A stretch of 64,000 nucleotides of DNA from a virus (taxonomy: Duplodnaviria > Caudoviricetes). The stretch is taken from positions 43,732 through 107,731 of the IMG/VR virus record IMGVR_UViG_3300042372_000291; one strand, given 5' to 3'. The notes below the pieces were generated by a model. That model was not told where the DNA came from. It saw nothing but the letters and a program-made list of their open reading frames with translations, and did no database searches. Positions 8,626-16,312 of this stretch are shown piece after piece; the first letter of the stretch is position 1; each line of letters starts with the position of its first letter. A program made the translations under genes and the position numbers.

Positions 8626-8641
8626 TGTGTCCTAAATCACA
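8626..8641. promoter_or_regulatory. CRP/GlxR-type box
   Basis: TGTGT-cctaaa-TCACA, 1 mismatch; TTGACA at 8663. Confidence 0.55.
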
Positions 8642-8721
8642 CCCAAAAGGCTTTACGAACGCTTGACAAAAACCCCCATTTTTTGAGATAATTGCATTAC
8701 GACCAACAGAAAGGACCCTAA

Positions 8722-9474
8722 ATGCCAAATTATTGTTTTAATACCTTGACTATTCAAGGACCGAAAGAACAAGTAGACTCTATTAAGGCTAAGTTAAATG
8801 AGCCTTTTCAAAGACATCATGACCAATGGAATACAGAAACTCAGCAAATGGAAATAAAAGAGTATTTCTATAATAATCCTGTGTTTGCATTTTGGAATAT
8901 TTATAATCCAGTACAAGACGGTATCTCTAACGAGGTCTACCTAGGTCAGCCTGACCATACTATTCCATTTGCAGAACAAATGAAATTTAAGACTAATGAT
9001 TGGTATTCATGGAATGTCCGTAATTGGGGAACCAAATGGGATGTTGCTGTAGGAGATGAAGATAACTATCCTGATACAGAGTTATTAGAACATATGGATA
9101 GAGGAGAAGACCAGTGGGTTATTTATAAGTTCAATACCGCTTGGTCTCCACCTGCTCCTGCTATGGAGAAGTTGTCTGCTCTAGTTCCTAACTGTGTAGT
9201 TACTCTTTCCTTTGAGGAAGAAACAGGTTGGGGTGGCGAGTATGAGTTTGTCAATGGAGAAATGACTGCAGAATCTAATTATGATTCTAAGTGCCGTGAC
9301 TGTGATGCAGAAGACCAAATGGAATACTGCGAAAACGATTGTGGAGAAATCTGCAGTGCTTGTCATTGGTTAGGTGAGGCAGACCTAGAGTGTGTTGCAG
9401 AATGTGATGAGCACAAGATATACTTGGACGAGGAACATGTACCAGATTACAGAAAGGATGAAATCAATGTCTAA
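8722..9474 (+). CDS. DUF1281/YubB-like ferredoxin-fold protein with Cys-rich C-terminus
   Basis: MPNYC.N.L, WN..NWGTKW, F.TAWSPP motifs. Confidence 0.75.
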   Translation: MPNYCFNTLTIQGPKEQVDSIKAKLNEPFQRHHDQWNTETQQMEIKEYFYNNPVFAFWNIYNPVQDGISNEVYLGQPDHTIPFAEQMKFKTNDWYSWNVRNWGTKWDVAVGDEDNYPDTELLEHMDRGEDQWVIYKFNTAWSPPAPAMEKLSALVPNCVVTLSFEEETGWGGEYEFVNGEMTAESNYDSKCRDCDAEDQMEYCENDCGEICSACHWLGEADLECVAECDEHKIYLDEEHVPDYRKDEINV

Positions 9475-9670
9475 TTACTTATTAGAATATATGAAGATAC
9501 ATCTAATTAGTTTAGAACAAGATTTAGAGAATATAGCCCAAGAAATGGAATTGCTTGACCCTGAATCTAAAGCCTGTAAAGAATTAGACTATGAATATAA
9601 TCATATGTCAGGACAGATTCTTTCTACCCGCCATTTTATACAGGTAGGAGAAGAACATGCAGGCAATTAA
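9467..9670 (+). CDS. Hypothetical protein
   Basis: GAAAGGA SD before ATG 9467. Confidence 0.7.
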   Translation: MSNYLLEYMKIHLISLEQDLENIAQEMELLDPESKACKELDYEYNHMSGQILSTRHFIQVGEEHAGN

Positions 9671-9932
9671 TGAGTTAGAACCATATCTGCAGAAGGCTGT
9701 TGACGCTGGCATATCTGGATTGGATATCATGCACGGTCATCTCAAAACATTAATGCTGGAGGCTGAGCGGGAACTAGAAGAGGCAAGCCGCATTGAGATT
9801 GAGAACGACTATTCAGACGCAATAGAATCCATGGAGCGTAAATACTGGGAAGGCCAATGTGACGCTCTTTCACACCTATATGCATTAACATATCAACTAT
9901 CATTTGCCATAGCAGAAAGGGACGGGCAATGA
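9657..9932 (+). CDS. Hypothetical protein
   Basis: Overlapping operon ORF. Confidence 0.75.
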   Translation: MQAINELEPYLQKAVDAGISGLDIMHGHLKTLMLEAERELEEASRIEIENDYSDAIESMERKYWEGQCDALSHLYALTYQLSFAIAERDGQ

Positions 9933-10264
9933 GTTTAGATCTACAAGAACAAACACGTATGCTAGATGTATATCGTGATATTGAAGATATCATTGACAGA
10001 ATTAGTAAACTTCCTATTGGAATGCCGCTAGTCTGGGTATATGTCTGGGATGTTGCTCGTCAACTATGGCATGACATCATGGAAGGTCAGGAAGAAGAAT
10101 TCTGCACAGCCATGGATGAAGAAGAGATGTGGGAACTGTTTTGGACCCAGGCTGATAAGAATGGGTTTACTTTAGAATACGGAACAGAGGACCTATATGA
10201 GTCTATCCGTGATTGGATGTTTGACCAGGGTATTATTGAAGAAGTAGAAGAGGAAGAGGAATGA
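9929..10264 (+). CDS. Hypothetical acidic protein
   Basis: ATGA overlap. Confidence 0.75.
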   Translation: MSLDLQEQTRMLDVYRDIEDIIDRISKLPIGMPLVWVYVWDVARQLWHDIMEGQEEEFCTAMDEEEMWELFWTQADKNGFTLEYGTEDLYESIRDWMFDQGIIEEVEEEEE

Positions 10265-10331
10265 TGTACGAGCAGTTGACATTAAACTTAGATTTTGATA
10301 TCATTGAGCAAACTATAGAAAGGGAAGAGTA

Positions 10332-10679
10332 ATGGGAGCTCGTTGTACATTTGTATTTAAACAGTCAGAGGAGCAAGCTGTAGCACTATACAGTCATTGG
10401 GGTGAAGACTCTATGTATGAGGACCTAGCAGCAGCATTGCGACATGCAGCACCACGGGTAGGAGACCAATCCTACTACGTAAGAATGGCAGTTAGTTATT
10501 TACTGCAGCATAGTATTTTGGATGAGACAGGTTATGGCCTATATGCATGTAATCCTAATGACCTAGGTTTCATGGACCATCCAATTGTAATTAATCTATT
10601 AGATAGTACAATTCAAGATGACACTGGAATTCACACTATTGATGAATTTGTTAATTATCATGCAGGCCTAAAGGTTTAG
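10332..10679 (+). CDS. Hypothetical phage protein (MG.R...LYSHWG type)
   Basis: SD and own promoter; Y.HW motif common in phage early proteins. Confidence 0.8.
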   Translation: MGARCTFVFKQSEEQAVALYSHWGEDSMYEDLAAALRHAAPRVGDQSYYVRMAVSYLLQHSILDETGYGLYACNPNDLGFMDHPIVINLLDSTIQDDTGIHTIDEFVNYHAGLKV

Positions 10680-10685
10680 TTGAGG

Positions 10686-10775
10686 GTCCGTGTGGTGAGC
10701 GGACTGTATACGTGGGACGAGGGGTCCTCCCACGACAATAAGGGTGGAGCGCAGGCTGTGGTGGGCTTGCGCTCC
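10686..10775 (+). ncRNA. GC-rich three-hairpin structured element
   Basis: Stems GTCCG/CGGAC, CGTGGGA/TCCCACG, GGAGCGCAGGC/GCTTGCGCTCC. Confidence 0.5.
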
Positions 10776-10812
10776 CCCAACATCTTTGATACAATAAGAG
10801 AGGGTATAAATA

Positions 10813-11052
10813 ATGACATACAGGATTAGTAAGGGGATTACCCCCGAAGAGCGAGTAGCCAAAAGACTAAAAACAATTGTAGAAGACTTAGATTTAGACC
10901 TAGAACAAACTGGAGTAATGCTTGCTAGAGTATTGCCACATTTGACTTATACAAGATTAGTCACTATGATAGAAGCGGCACAAGAGGAAAAAGAGTTTAT
11001 TCTAAACCCTAAGAAGCGACATGAAAGTTGGATACAAAATGGACTATGGTAA
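10813..11052 (+). CDS. Hypothetical protein
   Basis: ORF with SD. Confidence 0.75.
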   Translation: MTYRISKGITPEERVAKRLKTIVEDLDLDLEQTGVMLARVLPHLTYTRLVTMIEAAQEEKEFILNPKKRHESWIQNGLW

Positions 11053-11347
11053 GGTAGCAGACATACTAGCAGTAATCTATAATGATGGTGTAGATTTAGA
11101 AGCAGTAGAATACCTGCCTTCTGAGTATTGGTTAGAGTGTGAGGACGGGATAACCCTTGCTACATTTATTTCATCTGGTTGGGCAGAGCCTACCGAAATG
11201 GGTAAATCTCAGTTAGAGTATGCCTGGCGTGTTCTTTGTGCTGCCAGAAGTCTTGACCCTGAAATAATGTATGAAACTCCACTTGAGTTTTTTGAGGCAC
11301 AGATAGTAGAAGCTGATGTTATCCCAATTGAGGAGGGTAGAAAGTAA
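11039..11347 (+). CDS. Hypothetical protein, paralog of the next gene
   Basis: Similar DY....IL...Y and G..LA....G....TE.G patterns. Confidence 0.7.
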   Translation: MDYGKVADILAVIYNDGVDLEAVEYLPSEYWLECEDGITLATFISSGWAEPTEMGKSQLEYAWRVLCAARSLDPEIMYETPLEFFEAQIVEADVIPIEEGRK

Positions 11348-11631
11348 TGCTTGACTATAAAACAAAATGCAATATTCTATCAGATCTATGGGAGAACTAT
11401 AGAGATGAAGAATCTTTTATAGATTTTATTGAATATAACGATCTTGGATTACCTATGGCATATATGCTACGGGAAGGTTTAGTCAACGAGGTAACAGAAA
11501 CAGGACAGTTATATATCAATGAGACATTTAATTTATTTATTGCTGCCCTTCAAATTAAAGAAGAAGAAATCAAAGAAGGCACAACATTAGATATCTTATT
11601 AGATATGGCTGAGAAAAAGCAAAACCCATAA
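11347..11631 (+). CDS. Hypothetical protein (FIEYNDLGLPMAY)
   Basis: Coupled ORF. Confidence 0.75.
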   Translation: MLDYKTKCNILSDLWENYRDEESFIDFIEYNDLGLPMAYMLREGLVNEVTETGQLYINETFNLFIAALQIKEEEIKEGTTLDILLDMAEKKQNP

Positions 11632-11662
11632 GATTTTTCGACAAACCTTTTAGGAATTTATT

Positions 11663-12323
11663 AGATTACGAACATCGAATATTTTTCCCATTTTTTTAGA
11701 TTACGAACAAACAATATTTTTCCCCAAACCCTATATCCAAACATATCTATATCCTTATACCAGGTATACTTCTTATAGTAGTAATTGGTATTCTTTATAT
11801 ACCCCGCCATTTTTGAAAAAATAAGATTACGAACGAGCTTTTTTAAGCCCAGCATTTTGACGGGCATCTTACCACACGACGGGCGTTTTGTCAAGGGGCG
11901 CAAAAAACGGGACGGTATAAAAAAGATTACAACCAATACCCTATATACAAACACTATATCCTGGATAAAATAGATTACGAAAGCTATAAATTTTTTCCTG
12001 GATTTTCCAAATATTATCCATATATTTTATAACATTTTGTTATTGTTTTCCACAATTTTGAGCAATTTTTATAACATTTCTATATCAAATATTGAGACAT
12101 GTTTTGCTCATATTGTGGGTAAATGGATACTTGACAAACAATTTGATATGTGGTATATGGGGAAATTCCCTGTTTTAAAATTTGGAAAGGGGGTTTTGCC
12201 GCTGCAGCATTACGAACGCCCCTCTTAAAAGTGGTCCATTCCCCACTATCCTCCACTTTCCTCCATTCATAGAATATAAAATTATCCACAGTAAGATTTA
12301 AATGTGGATAAACCTGTGGATAA
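11663..12323. repeat. Putative replication origin: AGATTACGAAC iteron-like repeats and DnaA boxes
   Basis: Repeats at 11663, 11698, 11824, 11924, 11972, 12208; DnaA boxes 12282-90, 12303-11, 12315-23; no credible ORF. Confidence 0.55.
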
Positions 12324-12330
12324 CTATGAA

Positions 12331-12963
12331 TTATTGCCTATATTTTTGTCTATTTATTTCCCAATTGTCAATATCTCTTGGTAGATCAAAGTCTTCTGTC
12401 CAATCATTTATCTTTACTACATCAAAGCTATGCTTGTTAGTTTTTAACTGTTCGTATAAACACCAACCACCAGGTAGATTAAAATAATCAGAAGACTCTA
12501 TAATAGAGCGTATTGTATTATCTAGTATAGGTATAGACTTTCCATTAAACCCAATTCCCCATATTTCTTTCCAAGGCTTTCCAGTTATCTCTGAAGCCCT
12601 ATCCCTAAGATAAAATGATAGATCAGATTTATCATTCATTATTGTTTCAACTGCTTCATCTGTAAAATATACATCTGCAAAAACGAGAATATTTCTCTCT
12701 GATGACCATATATCCCTGCTAGACCAAAACTTGGCTACATCTTTCCATGCTTTATCAACAGGGGGGACATAGGTTTGAGCCCCATTTACGGTATCTTCTC
12801 CATCATTACACACTATAACAATATTATCTGTATACTTAGAAAACTGCCTATAAGTTCTTTCAATTAATACTTCTTCTTCAATTAATAAACGATGCTTGGG
12901 GGTTCCCCTATAATTTCCCCACCTGGTTCCATTTCCTGCAGCTAATATTAAAACCTTTATCAT
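12331..12963 (-). CDS. Nucleotidyltransferase (NTP_transferase family)
   Basis: LILAAGNGTRW...PKH N-terminal motif. Confidence 0.8.
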   Translation of the reverse strand: MIKVLILAAGNGTRWGNYRGTPKHRLLIEEEVLIERTYRQFSKYTDNIVIVCNDGEDTVNGAQTYVPPVDKAWKDVAKFWSSRDIWSSERNILVFADVYFTDEAVETIMNDKSDLSFYLRDRASEITGKPWKEIWGIGFNGKSIPILDNTIRSIIESSDYFNLPGGWCLYEQLKTNKHSFDVVKINDWTEDFDLPRDIDNWEINRQKYRQ

Positions 12964-13152
12964 AAATCAAGAATACCATATCTGGTATCATAGATATATG
13001 TATTGTCGTCATGTTTATGAGTATGTTTATGCAGATATCTGCCCTCATTGTGGGAAAGATACTCATGAAACTGATTGGAAATTTGAAGCAGAATTACATA
13101 AAGAGTGGATATCATCTGGTAAAGCATCTTCTCAGGGGTGGTGGTCTATCTA

Positions 13153-13377
13153 ATGCCTAGCCAAGAATCAAAATGGTATAAAGATATAAGACTGATTAAG
13201 GCTTTGGACGAAATTCGTCAGAAGAATCTGGCCTTTATGTCTTATTGTTATTATTGTGACGCTAAGTCCATAGATATAAAAGCAGTCAAAGAAAAGCTAT
13301 ATCCTGTATGTGAAAAACATGATCAGGAAAATAACATAAATAAACTATTGGAGTCTCAATCCTCATTTGAGGAATAA
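13153..13377 (+). CDS. Small Cys-containing hypothetical protein
   Basis: CYYC...CEKH. Confidence 0.55.
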   Translation: MPSQESKWYKDIRLIKALDEIRQKNLAFMSYCYYCDAKSIDIKAVKEKLYPVCEKHDQENNINKLLESQSSFEE

Positions 13378-13565
13378 TACGAGGGTAGATCAGTAAAATC
13401 CCCATATGCTTCTTCGCATAATGGGCAATAACTATTAGCAGTATTTGTTTGATCTAGGCTAATCAGCAATAATCCCTTATCCTGCATATCTAATATTTCT
13501 GGATCTACTCGTCCATGGATTATAGGTATTAATTTAGCTTTACATGTTATACAGTTTGTTATCAT
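13356..13565 (-). CDS. Small Zn-ribbon protein
   Basis: CITC...PIIHG...CPLC. Confidence 0.65.
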   Translation of the reverse strand: MITNCITCKAKLIPIIHGRVDPEILDMQDKGLLLISLDQTNTANSYCPLCEEAYGDFTDLPSYYSSNED

Positions 13566-13640
13566 ACTAGGATAAGTTTAGCATACTTCTATATACCGCC
13601 CTGATTTGCATACTGCCCATATATGCGCTATAATTGATAC

Positions 13641-13712
13641 TAGAGACGTTAGCCCTCCCTTTCTGGGGCTATTTCCTCTTCTCCTGAGCATGAGGTTAAA
13701 AGGCTCCCTTTC
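13641..13712 (+). ncRNA. Putative small RNA ending in pseudoknot copy 8
   Basis: TTGCAT-17-TATAAT promoter; hairpin TAGCCC/GGGCTA; TCTC-ctgagcat-GAGG-ttaaaa-gGCTC. Confidence 0.6.
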
Positions 13713-13751
13713 TGTATTGAAATACTGCCCATGTTGTGAGATAATGAATAT

Positions 13752-13940
13752 ATGAGTGATTTAGATGAATTTATGAAAGACCCATGGAAACGATTTAATG
13801 AAATGCGTAAAACCCCACATGAATGTGATTATGACTATAGAATAGACTCATCAGGAACAATGTTTTTTGAAATATGTAAATTATGCTTAGATACAAAAGG
13901 GGTCGTTGAAATGAATAATAATGAGGAATTAAATGATTAA
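13752..13940 (+). CDS. Hypothetical protein, probably leaderless
   Basis: GATAAT 6 nt before ATG. Confidence 0.6.
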   Translation: MSDLDEFMKDPWKRFNEMRKTPHECDYDYRIDSSGTMFFEICKLCLDTKGVVEMNNNEELND

Positions 13941-14604
13941 AAATGAATGTAAAAAATGTGAGATGAGCTTTAAAGATCCTTTATATTGGGATGTTCATCA
14001 AACTATGTCAGATAATAGTATTTGGTGTGTAGTTAGAAAACCTTAACCATACCGCCCTGTTTAGGGCATATGTTGGTTTTAGTTTTCTATTTTCCGCCGA
14101 ACTTAAAAGATTGACTTTGGCCTATTTTTTCGCTATACTTGATATATGGGTAGAGTTGTAATTTGTGACATTTGTAAAAAAGAAATAGAGTTGCGATGGG
14201 GCATTTTTGGACATGATACTTTATACCGTCATAGAAAGGAACATAAGTGAACGAGCAAGAATTACGTGAACAGATAGCAAAAGAGATTGAAACAATTGAA
14301 ATTCAAACAAGTATTACAAACGCACTAGGTATGCGTATTATGGCTGCAAAAGTTGCAAGAGGAGAAAAATGAAAAAACAAAAATATTTTACTAAAAACAT
14401 AAATAATGAGTTGGAAGTCATTGATGAAGATATTGTTAATGATGTTATTAGGCAATACATTGAGAGAAAGTATATAGGGGTAATAGTACTATCTACCTTT
14501 ATTATTAGCTTTCTTCTTGGAGTTATTGCTTCTTGACATACCGCCCCACTTATGCTAAACTATTAAAGCAAGGGAATGCGTAACTATACAGAAAAGAGAG
14601 AGCA

Positions 14605-14982
14605 ATGAATCCTGAAATAACGCTAGTGGGTCGTCTTGGTACAGATCCAGAAAAAATCGGAGACAAGGGTGTACGTCTTCGTATTGTAACAAGTGATCGT
14701 GTAAAAAGTGCATCTGGTGAATGGTCGGACAAGGATACTTCTTGGTGGACTGTTAAGCTTTGGAATAAGCCAGCAGAGCAAGCATTTACAACGATTAAGA
14801 AGGGCCAAGAAGTTATGGTCCGTGGAACAATTTATCAAGACACTTGGACTGATAAAGATGGTTCAAGTCGTAGCACTTACGAAGTAAGAGGAGAGTCTAT
14901 TGGAGTAACATCCTATACTCTTGCAAAGAATGCGTCGCCATCAATGGCAATGACAGTATCCACTGAGGATCCGTGGAAATAA
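14605..14982 (+). CDS. ssb: Single-stranded DNA-binding protein (bacterial type)
   Basis: ITLVGRLGTDPE, KKGQEVMVRG, acidic DPW tail. Confidence 0.9.
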   Translation: MNPEITLVGRLGTDPEKIGDKGVRLRIVTSDRVKSASGEWSDKDTSWWTVKLWNKPAEQAFTTIKKGQEVMVRGTIYQDTWTDKDGSSRSTYEVRGESIGVTSYTLAKNASPSMAMTVSTEDPWK

Positions 14983-15014
14983 AAATGCGTCATTAATATG
15001 ACTTCATTGAAGAT

Positions 15015-15060
15015 TGGAGGGCGGTAAGAATTGATAACTTCCGTCCTCCACTTCGGTGGA
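15015..15060. terminator. Hairpin(s) between convergent genes
   Basis: TGGAGGGCGG/CCGTCCTCCA; overlapping TCCAC-TTCG-GTGGA. Confidence 0.55.
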
Positions 15061-15068
15061 TTGCAAAT

Positions 15069-15872
15069 TTAGCTATTATTATCGTCAATTGCTTTATTTA
15101 ATACTGCAAAATCAACAAATGATCCAGTAAACAACATACTTCCCATATGCTGTAGTTTTACCCAAGGCATTAACCAAGTTTTATATCCAATTTTATTTGC
15201 CCAACGTGTAAAGAAATAGTCCTCTGACAAATATGTATTGTCAATTTCATCAATCTTACAATCAAAATAAGCAAACATAGGTTCTTCAGTTTTTGCATTT
15301 ACATATCTTTGCTCTGGGTATGCTTCGTAAAACTTTTCAAATACTTCTCTTGCAATGAGCATAAATCCAGTACTGCCATCTTTAATTTCTACTGGGTTGG
15401 TTAATGATATTTCTCTTTTTTCACCATAAAAATTAATACCGTATCTACCAGAATATTTCATATAATCAGATTCTTGTTTAATTAGTCCAAGATCTTTTGC
15501 TTTTTGTATTCTGTCCCATACAATTGTTTTATGTGGATATGGTCCAACAATTATCTGCTTGTCATCGTTTGTAGCAGCAAGATATACAGCATGTATAAAA
15601 TCAATATAATCAAAAGAGATATCGCCATCAATAAAAAATAGATAGTCGTAGTCACTATCTAAAAATTGTTTAACAATTTCGTTTCTTCCACGAGCAATCA
15701 GTGACTCTGAAGTTATATATGTCATTCCTAGCTTTATATTTTCTTTAGCACAAAAAATAGAAAGCCTCATCATTGACTCAAAATAATTGGCAAAGCTCAT
15801 ACCGCCATACATTGGAGTACCAACCATGACGGATTTTCCTCTAACTACATTTAAATCTATATTGTTATCCAT
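15069..15872 (-). CDS. GT-A fold glycosyltransferase-like protein
   Basis: TPMYGG, SLIARGRN, FIDGD, TGFMLI, YLSEDY motifs. Confidence 0.75.
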   Translation of the reverse strand: MDNNIDLNVVRGKSVMVGTPMYGGMSFANYFESMMRLSIFCAKENIKLGMTYITSESLIARGRNEIVKQFLDSDYDYLFFIDGDISFDYIDFIHAVYLAATNDDKQIIVGPYPHKTIVWDRIQKAKDLGLIKQESDYMKYSGRYGINFYGEKREISLTNPVEIKDGSTGFMLIAREVFEKFYEAYPEQRYVNAKTEEPMFAYFDCKIDEIDNTYLSEDYFFTRWANKIGYKTWLMPWVKLQHMGSMLFTGSFVDFAVLNKAIDDNNS

Positions 15873-16065
15873 AATTCCCCTTTCCTAAATTATACACCAT
15901 AGTTGCACTATTTGATGTTTTCTGATATCATGTATGTATGGCTGAGGTATCTTTTAATATTACAAAAATAGGTCACGAAGTGGTATTTTGTACCCTTTGT
16001 TTTGCCATGGTACCGTCAGACAAGCAGTCAAATCATGTTCGTTGGCACGATAGGATGAAAGAATA

Positions 16066-16302
16066 ATGGCATACGTTATAACAGATGCATGTAATGATAT
16101 TAAAGATAAATCTTGTATTGATGAATGCCCTGTAAATTGTATTTATGAAGGAGATCAACAGCTTTTCATAAACCCAGATGACTGTATAGATTGCGGTGCT
16201 TGTGAGCCTGTTTGTCCAGTTAATGCAATATATTATCAAGATGATTTACCACAAAACAAAAAAATATTTATAGAAATTAATAAAAATTTCTTTAATAACT
16301 AG
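16066..16302 (+). CDS. fdxA: 7Fe ferredoxin (actinobacterial FdxA-like)
   Basis: YVI..AC.DIKDKSCIDECPV.CIYEG; CIDCGACEPVCP. Confidence 0.85.
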   Translation: MAYVITDACNDIKDKSCIDECPVNCIYEGDQQLFINPDDCIDCGACEPVCPVNAIYYQDDLPQNKKIFIEINKNFFNN

Positions 16303-16312
16303 GGAATTGGTT

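Noticed and set aside
10668-10862. Minus-strand ORF over the GC-rich hairpins
   Set aside because: Antisense to the early operon; better explained as RNA structure
11661-12487. Short ORFs in the origin-like region
   Set aside because: No SD, low-complexity translations, and they overlap repeats and DnaA boxes
2519-13706. CTGAGCATG repeats as a CRISPR array, hammerhead ribozyme or preQ1 riboswitch
   Set aside because: Copies are dispersed with no regular spacers; there is no CUGANGA/GAAA core with three stems; the loop differs from the preQ1-I consensus and the copies lie 3' of genes
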